Source: an uncultured Candidatus Saccharibacteria bacterium | GTDB taxonomy: Bacteria > Patescibacteriota > Minisyncoccia > 2-02-FULL-40-12 > GWA2-44-9 | Assembly: GCA_964491455.1 (NCBI GenBank) | Contig: CAZBFM010000001.1 | Location: 3,053-67,052, forward strand | Direction: 5' to 3' | Length of the DNA: 64,000 nt | Part shown: positions 9,964-22,825 of the stretch, piece after piece | Layout: each line of letters begins with the position of its first letter | How positions within the stretch are numbered: position 1 is the first letter of the stretch | Made by a program: the position numbers and the translations under genes | Notes under the pieces: model-generated | The model's database searches: none | Told to the model about the DNA's origin: nothing | Seen by the model: the letters and a program-made list of their open reading frames with translations, nothing else

Positions 9964-10530
9964 ATGCTCACCGAAACCGCCGTTGTTGTGGCCCCGATCA
10001 CGGTCGCGCCTCTGCTCGTGGACACCAAGTGTGCCCGGCAGGAGTGCAGCGCCCGCATCGAGCGGGGATCCGGGTTCGTTCCCGAGCTCTCCCGTCTGTA
10101 TCGCGCCGTGCGCGGCACCGGCGTCGACCTCTCCGCCCCGCTCACGCGGGAGGAGGTCCTCAGCAAGGAGCTCTGTCATAAGTGCTCCAAGCTCGCTGCG
10201 TTCCGGACGTACCGGACGCAGGCGACGATCGCGTTCATGGAGCGGACTGTCGAGGATAACGAGTTCTACGCCGAGAAGCGTCGTCAGGCGCAGCTCGACT
10301 ACGCGGACATGCGGAACTCGCACCCCAAGAGCCCGGTGAGTCACATCGCCGAGGCCGCGGAGCGGGCCCGTCGTCAGGCGGTGACGCACCACAAGCGTGG
10401 GAAGCGTTTGCCCGCTGCGGAGCGCCGGCGTCTCGCGGAAACGCGGGCGTCGCGCCCCTTCGCTTCCATCAAGCCCGAAAAGAAGGGCAAGAAGAAGGAG
10501 CAGGGCGGCGGCAAGAAGGGTCGCAAGTAG
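9964..10530 (+). CDS. hypothetical protein; high-GC (about 65%) gene with four Cys (CxxxxC…CxxC) and a Lys-rich tail; likely horizontally acquired
   Basis: 188-aa ORF with own promoter and RBS; GC3-rich codon usage unlike flanking r-protein genes. Confidence 0.5.
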   Translation: MLTETAVVVAPITVAPLLVDTKCARQECSARIERGSGFVPELSRLYRAVRGTGVDLSAPLTREEVLSKELCHKCSKLAAFRTYRTQATIAFMERTVEDNEFYAEKRRQAQLDYADMRNSHPKSPVSHIAEAAERARRQAVTHHKRGKRLPAAERRRLAETRASRPFASIKPEKKGKKKEQGGGKKGRK

Positions 10531-10650
10531 TCTTCAAAAGCCGGGGGCAGGCGCGAAAGCCCTGCACCTCTCACTGCCACTGGCGGTGGGTACGAGCTGA
10601 TGTGTTCGTAGGCGCACCACTTGTCGTCAAGAAATACCTGGTACCAAGAA

Positions 10651-10849
10651 AGGCAATAATGCTGCAGTCCTAGAGTGCTGAGGGGTGCTCGACCAAAGGA
10701 AGGGCCCAAAAGCTCACCACCCTCGCGTATCTCGCCGTAAACTGCAGTCGGCCATGCGGCCAGAGAGAGGCAATAGTGCTTATAGAAAAGAGCGCGAGGG
10801 GCGCTCGAAAAAAAGGAAGGGGGGCTCCGGCCCATTACCCACCACCCTC
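10651..10849 (+). repeat. two tandem imperfect copies (about 75-80 nt each, 10651-10724 and 10768-10849) of a structured element (candidate ncRNA or leader), upstream of adk
   Basis: units share aggcaataRtgct…agagYgcKgaggggYgctcga…ggaaggg…caccaccctc; internal stem (gagcgc/gcgctc) with compensatory GU changes between copies. Confidence 0.4.
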
Positions 10850-10852
10850 ACA

Positions 10853-10882
10853 GGGGGAGTCTACGGGCTCCCCCTTTTTTTG
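10853..10882 (+). terminator. intrinsic terminator (gggggagtctacgggctccccc + T7)
   Basis: hairpin plus T-run immediately after the tandem repeat. Confidence 0.55.
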
Positions 10883-11008
10883 TCTTGTATAAGACAAATC
10901 AAAATACCCAGAGGAGCCGCGGCTTTGCAGCTTGGCGACGTGGGGTTTTTCATATATCTGAGTTTCATTTTTTATACTGCGTGCTACGATGCACTCATGG
11001 AGGGAAAC

Positions 11009-11698
11009 ATGAACAAGCAAGTAGTGATTCTTGTTGGTCCACCGGGATCGGGTAAAGACACGCAAGCCGAGCGGCTCGTGCAAGAGTTTGGATTTGTGCA
11101 GGTGCCAAGCTCACGCATTATCCGTGCCAAGTTTGCGGAGAATCCGAATGATCCAGTGATTCAAGAAGAGAGGCGTAAATTCGATGCAGGCCTTCTCAAT
11201 GATCCGTTGCTCGTTGGAGAGTGGATCATGGAGTTCGTTCGTCCACTTGCGGAAGCAGAGAAGAGCTTGGTGTTTTCTGGCTCACCTCGTACGCCGCATG
11301 AAGCGCAAGTCGAGTACCAGGCGATCGTCGATCTGTATGGGCGAGAGCATGTTGTGCTCATCTACTTGGACATTGATATACAGGAGGCGAGTCGCCGTAT
11401 CGCAGGGCGACGCTTCTGCCAGTTGCATGGGCATGTCATTTCGGGAGCACCCGAGTTTGCTTATTTGGTGGTGTGTCCGCAAGATGGAAGTGCATTAGCA
11501 GCACGAGAACTTGATGATGCATCGCTCATTCCAACGCGGTACCACGAGTTCAATACGCTGACGCTTCCTGTTGTTGAGATTGCGGCAACATTTGCAATTG
11601 CCACGTTTCATCTCGACGGCAAAAAGACTATCGAGGGCGTGCATCACGATATTGCCGAGATTGTGGAGCGGCGTCATGCGCCTGTGTCAGAGCAGTAG
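11009..11698 (+). CDS. adk: adenylate kinase
   Basis: MNKQVVILVGPPGSGKDTQAERL… P-loop; GGAGGG RBS; canonical position after secY. Confidence 0.9.
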   Translation: MNKQVVILVGPPGSGKDTQAERLVQEFGFVQVPSSRIIRAKFAENPNDPVIQEERRKFDAGLLNDPLLVGEWIMEFVRPLAEAEKSLVFSGSPRTPHEAQVEYQAIVDLYGREHVVLIYLDIDIQEASRRIAGRRFCQLHGHVISGAPEFAYLVVCPQDGSALAARELDDASLIPTRYHEFNTLTLPVVEIAATFAIATFHLDGKKTIEGVHHDIAEIVERRHAPVSEQ

Positions 11699-11704
11699 CA
11701 TCCA

Positions 11705-11733
11705 AGCCCGGAATTCGTTCCGGGTTTTTTGTT
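11705..11733 (+). terminator. intrinsic terminator after adk
   Basis: cccggaattcgttccggg + T7. Confidence 0.6.
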
Positions 11734-12138
11734 TCTACTTGAAACGGCTTCGATGGCATATCGCTGGTCAGACACGGCGTCTTTGTCTGGTGACAAAGCG
11801 CCTCCGCTCTCGTCCCGTCGGACTCCGAGATGGTCTTCCCGGCGACATGCCATCTTTGCGTAGTGGATGGAATAATAAGTGTGGCAGCGAAGCACGCCGA
11901 TGCTGTCGAAGGTAAGGGAAGCATCCCCAAGAGCCGAGTCAGACTGGAGCCGATGCTATTCCGTTGTATGAGCGAAAATTGATGATTTTCATTGAGAGCG
12001 AGTTCGGAATACATCGCGCTCTCACGCTGACGAGGCTGGGATGATGATCCTTGCAAGACAGCACGGAGGGCGAAGCAATACGGAGCATTCAATATATATG
12101 GCTGGAAAATAGCAGAACAATCGTGTACACTGTCGTCA

Positions 12139-12897
12139 ATGGTCACCCTGAAGACACCACAACAGATTGAAGCGATTCGTGCTGGCGGCAAAATCCTTGC
12201 CGCCATTTTGCGTGACCTGGCCGCGATGGCGAAGCCCGGCATGCAGACTAAGGAGTTGTCTGCACGAGCAGCACAACTTATCAAAGAGTCGGGTGCGAAA
12301 CCGAGCTTCTTGGGCTACAACAAATATCCCGACGTCATCTGTCTGTCGGTCAATCACCAGGCAGTGCACACTCCAGGGTCAGCATATGCATTACAAGACG
12401 GTGATTTGCTCAAGCTTGATTTTGGCATTGTAGTAGACGGCATGCATAGCGACTCGGCGATTACCGTACTGGTCGCGCATGATCCGAAAGCGCCAGAGCA
12501 TCAGAAGAAGCGACAGCTCATGCAGGTCACGAAAGAAGCGCTCGACAAAGGCATCGCGCAGTGTCGCGTGGGTAACACGCTTGGCGACATCGGAGCAGCA
12601 GTGCAGCAGCACGTCGAAAAAAATGGATTCACCATCGTGCGAGAGTTGGGTGGGCATGGCATCGGTACCAAGCTCCACGAAGAGCCGTGGGTTGCGAATT
12701 TTGGCAAAGCGGGGGACGGCATGAAGCTCGAAGCTGGCATGGTGCTCGCTCTTGAGCCAATCACCTGCATGGGCAAGTGGCAGATCAAAGACGGCGCCGA
12801 TGGTTTCACCTATGATATGAAAGACGGATCGCTCTCTGCTCACTTCGAACACTCAGTGGCGATCACTGAAGCTGGTCCGGATATATTGACGAGATAA
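12139..12897 (+). CDS. map: methionine aminopeptidase type I
   Basis: 252 aa; MetAP fold motifs (…DFGIVVDGMHSDSA…HGIGTKLHEEP…). Confidence 0.9.
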   Translation: MVTLKTPQQIEAIRAGGKILAAILRDLAAMAKPGMQTKELSARAAQLIKESGAKPSFLGYNKYPDVICLSVNHQAVHTPGSAYALQDGDLLKLDFGIVVDGMHSDSAITVLVAHDPKAPEHQKKRQLMQVTKEALDKGIAQCRVGNTLGDIGAAVQQHVEKNGFTIVRELGGHGIGTKLHEEPWVANFGKAGDGMKLEAGMVLALEPITCMGKWQIKDGADGFTYDMKDGSLSAHFEHSVAITEAGPDILTR

Positions 12898-13126
12898 CAG
12901 TTTCGTGCTATTGTAATTCTGATCGGAGGATCAATGTACAGAGTCTTAGTGACTGTCGTGTTTTCTCACTCGTCGTTTACTCCCCCTGAACCTATGGTTA
13001 AGGTGTGCTCCGGACATACATCCGAGGAGCTCGAGCTTTCAGTGGGAAAGTTTCTGGTTGACTGTGCTGCAAAAGGTCGGATTCTGCATCAAACCGTTAC
13101 CGATATTTGCCGATAATCGAGGCACT

Positions 13127-13155
13127 ACGCGGGGGCGAACGCCCCCGTTTTTCTT
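13127..13155 (+). terminator. intrinsic terminator (gcgggggcgaacgcccccg + TTTTTC)
   Basis: GC hairpin plus T-run upstream of the rRNA promoter. Confidence 0.6.
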
Positions 13156-13170
13156 TGGGGCTAGGGGGTG

Positions 13171-13199
13171 TTGACTTATTTAGGCCGATTTGCTAATCT
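13171..13199 (+). promoter_or_regulatory. putative rRNA promoter (TTGACT-N17-TAATCT)
   Basis: about 290 nt upstream of the 23S 5' end. Confidence 0.45.
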
Positions 13200-13484
13200 T
13201 TACAGCACGAAATGGTTACGTACACACAAAGCTTCAATCCCTCGCCGAGCGTGAGTTAGTGCGTGCCTCAAGGCCCCCACTCCACGCGCCGCGAAAGCGG
13301 CGTTTCTGTTTCAAAAAAGTGTAGCATTCTTGGCAGTCCAGAGGTGTTTCTCCAAAACGGGAAGTACCTCTGGGAAGCAAAGATAGACCAGGTTGCATAC
13401 GGCCAGACCCTTGAAAACTTACGGGTAATAAATTGCATAAAATCACCGCATGTGACCCTTGTTTTATAAGGGATCAATGCAACA

Positions 13485-16655
<3,171 letters not shown>

Positions 16656-16749
16656 TGTTGTCGGAGATCCCTTATAAAATCAAGTTCAGATGCAGTGATA
16701 TATGGTGCGATTTATTACCCGTAAGAAAACCGAAGCTGTTGTGGCTTTC

Positions 16750-16863
16750 GGTAAGGTGGCATTGCCACGAGTGCTCCACCCGTTCCCATCTCGAACACGG
16801 AAGTGAAATCTCGTAGGGCCCATGATAGTCGTTTACTCGGCGAAAGTAGGTCGCCGCCTTACC
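16750..16863 (+). rRNA. rrf: 5S ribosomal RNA
   Basis: ccacccgttcccatctcgaacacggaagtgaaat…; terminal helix ggtaagg/ccttacc. Confidence 0.85.
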
Positions 16864-16879
16864 GAAGTCCACAAACACA

Positions 16880-16907
16880 ACGACCCCGCAAGGGGTCTTT
16901 GTTGTTC
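16880..16907 (+). terminator. intrinsic terminator after 5S (gaccccgcaaggggtc + T-rich)
   Basis: hairpin plus tttgttgttc. Confidence 0.5.
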
Positions 16908-16942
16908 TGGTGCGGTGTGGTATACCGACGAGGGAGGATCCC

Positions 16943-17221
16943 ATGAGCGAGGTGGTGAAGTTTCAAAAGCCGTCACTTGAGGATGAGATTCGAACCGCGA
17001 AGGAGTTTATCGAGGGAACAAGAGGTTCGTTGCAGTATTTTATACTTCAGCGGGCATCTCTCGTGGGTATTCGCGCATCGCTCCATCGTCATAAAGAGGG
17101 TCGTTTGCTTGAATTTCTGGATGAGCATATTGCCAAGTGCGATCAGGAAGTTGATGCAATCGAAGAATCGATTCATCTGTGGGAGAGAATCTTGGAGGTT
17201 CTCGAGCATAAGTCATCATAA
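16943..17221 (+). CDS. hypothetical protein (92 aa, helical)
   Basis: GAGGGAGGA RBS then ATG at 16943; followed by strong terminator. Confidence 0.5.
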   Translation: MSEVVKFQKPSLEDEIRTAKEFIEGTRGSLQYFILQRASLVGIRASLHRHKEGRLLEFLDEHIAKCDQEVDAIEESIHLWERILEVLEHKSS

Positions 17222-17229
17222 CTGGCAGT

Positions 17230-17258
17230 ACGAGACCATGGGGTCTCGTTTTTCTTTG
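17230..17258 (+). terminator. intrinsic terminator (gagaccatggggtctc + T-run)
   Basis: perfect hairpin followed by TTTTTCTTT. Confidence 0.6.
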
Positions 17259-17290
17259 CGACGCAACGTGGAACGCGCTACAATACTTTT

Positions 17291-18103
17291 ATGAATCGTC
17301 TCGCTAAGCAGTCCATTATCGCAGGCATATTTCTCATTATTGTTGGTGCGTTGGGGTGGCTGCTCTATCGTGTGGTAGTGCCCGCTCCAACCTGTTCTGA
17401 TGGCATACAAAACGGGGCAGAAGAAGGCGTTGACTGTGGTGTCTCGGCGTGCACAACTCTGTGCGCTTCTCCTGTGCTGCCGATCGTCGTTCGTACGCCG
17501 CTACTGCTGTCTGCGGGTGCTGGCTCTGATGTTCTCGTCGAGCTTCAAAACCGAAATCCACTCTACGGCGCTTCGGTCGTTCCTTACACTCTTACCGCCT
17601 TTGATACAATGGGCACCATACTGACTACTCGGCGTGGAGTTGAGTACGTTAACCCGGGCGTGTCGAGATATATACTTTTCCCCCTGGGGGCGCTGTCCAA
17701 GGAGATTGCGCGTGCAGAGCTGAGTTTGGATTCGTCCGCGATTACATGGGCGACTCTAACGCAGGATGTGAAGGGGGATGTGCAGTTTGGTGTACGAAAT
17801 GAAGCTTTGAATGTCACGACCGACGAGGTCCGTTACTCTGCTTCGGTGCTCAATAAGAGCAAGTTTGCATTCGACACCGTTGATGTGATCGTGCTCCTCA
17901 TTGATAAAAATAATACTATCGTGAGCGCCAATAGCACGGTTCAGCGCACTCTTCTGCCTGGAGAAGAGCGTGCCTTCGTGATGACATGGCCGTTTGCAGT
18001 CGCTGATGCCGTGCGTGCGCAGGTGATTGTCACGACGAATATTTTTGCCAACGATAATTTTATCCGCGCGTATGGATCTCAGACGCCTACTCAGGGCTTT
18101 TAG
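17291..18103 (+). CDS. membrane-anchored extracytoplasmic protein, N-terminal TM plus Cys-rich CSDGIQNG…DCGVSAC motif
   Basis: 270 aa; single N-terminal TM helix. Confidence 0.55.
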   Translation: MNRLAKQSIIAGIFLIIVGALGWLLYRVVVPAPTCSDGIQNGAEEGVDCGVSACTTLCASPVLPIVVRTPLLLSAGAGSDVLVELQNRNPLYGASVVPYTLTAFDTMGTILTTRRGVEYVNPGVSRYILFPLGALSKEIARAELSLDSSAITWATLTQDVKGDVQFGVRNEALNVTTDEVRYSASVLNKSKFAFDTVDVIVLLIDKNNTIVSANSTVQRTLLPGEERAFVMTWPFAVADAVRAQVIVTTNIFANDNFIRAYGSQTPTQGF

Positions 18104-19187
18104 CGTCGGATGTACGAGGATACTCTTTGGCATTGATCGCACATTGTTTGTGGTGGTCCTTATTGTGTGTGGCATCGCTGCGCTCAATCTGTACGGGATA
18201 GGTGGTGCTGATCATACGCTGTTTCGTCGGCAAATAGTTCTTTCGGTCGTAGGCATAGGCGTAATGCTGCTCGTCTCGAAGGCAAATTACCGCGTCCTCA
18301 AGGATAACTCCATGTCCGTACTCGCATTTTACGGCGCATCACTTGTGCTCTTGGCATCGACGCTTCTGTTTTCTGAGATCCGCAACATCCGTGCATGGAT
18401 TTCGATCGGAGGACAGCAATTTGAACCTTCGGAGCTCATGAAATTGGGTTTGGTAATATTGTTGGCGAAGTATTTTAGTCAGCGCCATGCCAATATCGGT
18501 CAGTTTCGGCATATTCTCGTGTCGGGAGTGTACGCTGGCTTGCCTGCTCTGGTCGTACTTCGTCAGCCGGACCTTGGTTCCGCCGTCATTATTATTCTTG
18601 TATGGATAGTCCTGTTGCTCTCCATCGGTATTCGAATGAGGCACTTCTTCCTCATCGTGATGACGGGCTGTATCGGGGCATATCTGGCATGGATTTGGGC
18701 GCTTGCTCCCTATCAAAAGGATCGCATCTTAGCGTTCATTAATCCCTACTCAGATCCTACTGGCTACGGGTATCATATTATTCAGAGTCAGGTTGCCATT
18801 GGCTCGGGCGGTGTCTGGGGGAGGGGTCTTGGAAGTGGGAGTCAGGCAACACTGGGATTTTTGCCTGAGCCGTATAATGATTTTGCTTTCGCAGCTCTCT
18901 CAGAGCAATTCGGTTTTGTGGGTTCATCGATATTCTTGATTAGCATGGGGGTCATTGTCTGGCGGGTCCTTCGCGTTGGTCGCGAGTCGAGTAATAATTT
19001 TGCTCGCCTGCTGTGTATTGGAGTTGCGACGATCATTGGCGCACACACGGTCATTAGCGTATCAGTCAATGCGGGCCTTATGCCGATCACCGGCATTCCA
19101 CTTACCTTTTTGTCGTATGGCGGGAGTCATTTACTTTCGGTCATGATAGGGTTAGGATTCGTGCAAAGTGTTCATCGCTATGGATAA
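18072..19187 (+). CDS. SEDS family peptidoglycan glycosyltransferase (RodA/FtsW)
   Basis: multi-TM; …GGQQFEPSELMKLGLVILLAKY…PEPYNDFAFAALSEQFGF…LMPITGIPLTFLSYGGS; start may be 18027. Confidence 0.85.
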   Translation: MDLRRLLRAFSVGCTRILFGIDRTLFVVVLIVCGIAALNLYGIGGADHTLFRRQIVLSVVGIGVMLLVSKANYRVLKDNSMSVLAFYGASLVLLASTLLFSEIRNIRAWISIGGQQFEPSELMKLGLVILLAKYFSQRHANIGQFRHILVSGVYAGLPALVVLRQPDLGSAVIIILVWIVLLLSIGIRMRHFFLIVMTGCIGAYLAWIWALAPYQKDRILAFINPYSDPTGYGYHIIQSQVAIGSGGVWGRGLGSGSQATLGFLPEPYNDFAFAALSEQFGFVGSSIFLISMGVIVWRVLRVGRESSNNFARLLCIGVATIIGAHTVISVSVNAGLMPITGIPLTFLSYGGSHLLSVMIGLGFVQSVHRYG

Positions 19188-19458
19188 AACGCTCACCGTA
19201 CGCATCGATATGCCAGCGCCGGATCTCTTGACGTTTGAGCTCGTTGACGGCAATGGGAGCGTCATTGCGAGCCAAACATGCGCCTACGAACGGCCTGTGG
19301 ACAACCTGCTCTTGACGACTGTTGACAATCTGCTCAACCGGAGTAGACTTGATAGGTTAGCGCTCAACGACGTCGTGCTGGGAGAGGGGATTGACAAGAA
19401 CTCATCTTTGTATAGAATTGTTCAATCCTTCGCCGCAGCCATCGCGGCCGCACAGTGA
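19180..19458 (+). CDS. TsaB-like N-terminal domain protein (short or truncated)
   Basis: weak resemblance to YeaZ/TsaB N-terminus (LTVRIDMPAPDLLTFELVD…) but only 92 aa and lacks GPGSFTG motif. Confidence 0.3.
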   Translation: MDKTLTVRIDMPAPDLLTFELVDGNGSVIASQTCAYERPVDNLLLTTVDNLLNRSRLDRLALNDVVLGEGIDKNSSLYRIVQSFAAAIAAAQ

Positions 19459-19637
19459 CAATGCTGTGACGGTTTGCCAGGGCAGTCGTCTGGACTATCC
19501 GCATTGTCGGAGTCCCGGACATCACCCATCCACCCTGTGCAGGTACTACAATCATATATCAAATAGCATTGGTCGCGGCACCACCGTAGTGGGGCCGTGT
19601 TTTGTCGTCTAAGGGCATTCTAATTTTTCATTACGAT

Positions 19638-22600
19638 ATGAGTAGCACCTCACGTACCGTTCTGAGCAAGTATGAGAATCTGCATCAGTTTGACGCGCCA
19701 AACTTGGTGCAGGTCCAGTTGGATTCGTATGAGTGGTTTTTAAAGCACGGGCTCAAGGAGCTTTTGCGTGATGTGAGTCCCGTGGAGGATTGGACGAGCA
19801 ATGAGCTCGAACTTTCATTCCTCGATTTTCGCATGGACGAGGCCAAGTACACCGAGCGTCAGGCGGTGGAGAAGAACGTAACGTACGAGGCGCCTCTCAA
19901 GTTTAAGGTGGGTCTTCGCAACAAGCGCACCGATCAGTACCGCGAGCAGGAGTTGTTCGTTGCTGATCTTCCATTGATGACGCCGCGCGGTACGTTCATC
20001 GTGAATGGTGTCGAGCGCGTTGTTATCTCGCAGCTCATCCGCAGTCCCGGTACATTTTTCCAGCTCTCAAGCGCTTCAAAGTTCAAGCGCTATTTTGCCG
20101 CAAAGCTCATCCCCAGCAGAGGTGCCTGGCTTGAGTTCGAGACCGAATCAAACGGCGTTATTTCAGCGCGCATCGATCGAAAGCGCAAAGTGCCAGCAAC
20201 GGCATTACTTCGCGCATTTGGAATCGCAAACGACGATGAGATTAAGAAGCTTTTTGCCGACGTCGATACCGATCCCAATGTAAAATTCATTCTCGCGACT
20301 ATTCTTCAGGACCCGTCATCCAACGAGGGTGAAGGTATGATCGAAATCTACAAGCGCATTCGTCCTGGCGATCCTGCAACGGTAGACACCGCAAAGCAGA
20401 TGGTGCAGAACATGTTCTTCAATGCGGCCCGTTACGATCTCTCAAAGGTTGGACGCCACCGCATGAACCAGCGCTTCCAGGAGGATTTGGATATCGATGC
20501 CAAGGAGCTTCGTGTTCTTCGCAAGGAAGATATCGTCAACATTCTTCGCGAGATTATCCGTCTCAATAATGACCCAACGGCACAAGCGGACAACATCGAC
20601 CACTTGGGCAACCGTCGCGTGAAGACGCTTGGAGAGCTCCTCCAGGATCGTTTGCGTGTCGCATTTGCTCGTATGGAGCGCATCATCAAGGATCGTATGT
20701 CGACCTCTGATCTTGCGACTGTGTTACCGAGTCAGCTCATCAATGCTCGTCCATTCGTGGCAGCGCTCAAGGAATTTTTCTCCTCGGGGCAGTTGTCGCA
20801 GTTCATGGACCAGCACAATCCGTTATCGGAGTTGGAGCACAAGCGTCGTTTGTCTGCGATGGGACCTGGTGGTCTCACCAAAGAGCGAGCATCGCTTGAA
20901 GTTCGTGATGTGCACCCAAGTCACTACGGGCGTATTTGTCCAATCGCTACTCCAGAAGGTCCAAACATCGGTTTGGTTGGACACTTGGCGTTGTACGCAA
21001 AGATTTCTCCCCTTGGATTCATTTTGACTCCGTATATTCGAGTCACCAATGGCAAAGTAACCGACGAGGTGTTGTACATGGATGCTACTGAAGAGGAGCG
21101 CTACATTATCGCGCAGTCCGGAGCACCTACCGATGCATCAGGTCGGATGGTTGGCGACAAGATCGTTGCTCGTATTAAGGGTGAGGCTGGTATTGCCCAT
21201 CCAGACGAGATCCAGTTTATGGATATCTCAGCTCGTCAGCAGTTTTCTGTGCAGACATCGCTCATTCCATTTTTGGAACATGATGATGCCAACCGTGCAT
21301 TGATGGGTTCGAACATGCAACGTCAGGCTGTACCGTTGATCATGCCTGAGTCGCCCTACGTTGGCACGGGTCTTGAGGGCAAGGTTGCCATCGATTCCGG
21401 TCTCGTTCTCGTCGCTCCCGAAGCTGGCGTCGTCAAAGAAGTTGATTCTGCTCACATCGTGATCGAAGGCGACAAGTCCGGTACGAAGCACGAATTTAAG
21501 TTGCTCAAGTTTACACGTTCAAACGCGTTCACCGCCATGAACCAGCGCCCATTGGTAACCAAGGGTGCAAAGGTAAAGAAGGGTGAGCCTATTGCTGATG
21601 GTCCATCGACACAAGGAGGCGAGCTCGCATTGGGGCGCAACTTGATGGTGTCGTACATGAGCTTTGAGGGTCTTACGTTTGAGGACTCCATCGTGCTTTC
21701 TGATCGTATGGTGAAGGAGGATGTCCTCTCCTCAATTCACATTCATGATTATGTCGTGGATGTTCGCGAGACTAAGCTCGGACCAGAGGTTATGACCTAC
21801 GATATTCCAAACGTCGCCGCAGAGCGTTTGGCTGATTTAGACGGCGAAGGAATTGTGCGCGTCGGTGCTGAAGTCCGCTCGCAGGATATTTTGGTCGGTA
21901 AGATTTCGCCAAAGGGTGAGTCTGATCTGACTGCTGAAGAGCGTCTCTTGCGCGCCATCTTCGGCGACAAGTCTCGCGACGTCAAAGATACGTCACTTCG
22001 CTTGGATTACGGCAAGCAGGGCCGCGTCGTTGGCGTGAAAATTTTCAGTCGCGATGCAGGTGACAAGCTCGACGCCGGTGTTATCAAGCGCATTCAGGTT
22101 TCCGTCGCACAGCTTCGTAAGATTCAAGTGGGTGACAAGCTCGCAGGACGCCACGGAAACAAGGGTGTTATTTCATCGATTCTTCCAACGGAGGATATGC
22201 CATTCTTGGCCGATGGTACGCCCGTGGATATCATTCTCAACCCATTCGGTGTGTTCTCTCGTATGAACATCGGCCAGATTTACGAGTCGCACCTGGGTCT
22301 TGCTTCGAAGAAGCTTGGTCGCAAAGTTGCTACCCCCGTTATGGCGGGACCATCGGAGGCGCAGGTTATTTCTGCACTCACGGACGCTGGGTATCCAGCT
22401 GATGGACGCATGCAGCTCTATGACGGAAAGTCTGGTTTGCCGTTTGATATGAAGTGTCACGTTGGTTTGACGTACTTCATGAAGCTTATTCACATGGTGG
22501 AAGACAAGATCCACATGCGATCCACTGGACCGTACTCACTTATTACGCAGCAGCCACTTGGTGGAAAGGCGCAATTTGGAGGACAGCGCTTTGGAGAAAT

Positions 22601-22811
22601 GGAAGTCTGGGCCTTGGAAGGATATGGCGCAGCGCACACATTGCAAGAGATGCTTACCATCAAGTCCGATGATGTGTTGGGACGCGCAAAGACGTACGAA
22701 TCGATCGTCAACAGCGAGGAGATTACGGCGCCACATTTGCCAGAGTCATTTAAGGTCTTACTTTCAGAAATCAAAGGTCTCGGTCTCGATATCGAGCTCA
22801 TTGAGCGCTAA
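19638..22811 (+). CDS. rpoB: DNA-directed RNA polymerase subunit beta
   Basis: about 1057 aa; conserved rpoB blocks; start could be 19602. Confidence 0.95.
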   Translation: MSSTSRTVLSKYENLHQFDAPNLVQVQLDSYEWFLKHGLKELLRDVSPVEDWTSNELELSFLDFRMDEAKYTERQAVEKNVTYEAPLKFKVGLRNKRTDQYREQELFVADLPLMTPRGTFIVNGVERVVISQLIRSPGTFFQLSSASKFKRYFAAKLIPSRGAWLEFETESNGVISARIDRKRKVPATALLRAFGIANDDEIKKLFADVDTDPNVKFILATILQDPSSNEGEGMIEIYKRIRPGDPATVDTAKQMVQNMFFNAARYDLSKVGRHRMNQRFQEDLDIDAKELRVLRKEDIVNILREIIRLNNDPTAQADNIDHLGNRRVKTLGELLQDRLRVAFARMERIIKDRMSTSDLATVLPSQLINARPFVAALKEFFSSGQLSQFMDQHNPLSELEHKRRLSAMGPGGLTKERASLEVRDVHPSHYGRICPIATPEGPNIGLVGHLALYAKISPLGFILTPYIRVTNGKVTDEVLYMDATEEERYIIAQSGAPTDASGRMVGDKIVARIKGEAGIAHPDEIQFMDISARQQFSVQTSLIPFLEHDDANRALMGSNMQRQAVPLIMPESPYVGTGLEGKVAIDSGLVLVAPEAGVVKEVDSAHIVIEGDKSGTKHEFKLLKFTRSNAFTAMNQRPLVTKGAKVKKGEPIADGPSTQGGELALGRNLMVSYMSFEGLTFEDSIVLSDRMVKEDVLSSIHIHDYVVDVRETKLGPEVMTYDIPNVAAERLADLDGEGIVRVGAEVRSQDILVGKISPKGESDLTAEERLLRAIFGDKSRDVKDTSLRLDYGKQGRVVGVKIFSRDAGDKLDAGVIKRIQVSVAQLRKIQVGDKLAGRHGNKGVISSILPTEDMPFLADGTPVDIILNPFGVFSRMNIGQIYESHLGLASKKLGRKVATPVMAGPSEAQVISALTDAGYPADGRMQLYDGKSGLPFDMKCHVGLTYFMKLIHMVEDKIHMRSTGPYSLITQQPLGGKAQFGGQRFGEMEVWALEGYGAAHTLQEMLTIKSDDVLGRAKTYESIVNSEEITAPHLPESFKVLLSEIKGLGLDIELIER

Positions 22812-22825
22812 CCCCACCTACATCC

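Noticed and set aside
9895-10392. 165-aa minus-strand ORF inside the high-GC block
   Set aside because: High GC produces long open frames in several phases. The promoter and RBS support the plus-strand ORF 9964-10530 instead.
11628-12284. 218-aa minus-strand ORF
   Set aside because: Overlaps the adk 3' end and the map 5' end on the opposite strand. It has low-complexity translation and no start signals.
12934-13116. 60-aa ORF (MYRVLVTVVFSH…)
   Set aside because: The RBS spacing is too short and there is no recognisable family. It is kept only as an ncRNA/small-ORF candidate in the findings, not as a feature.
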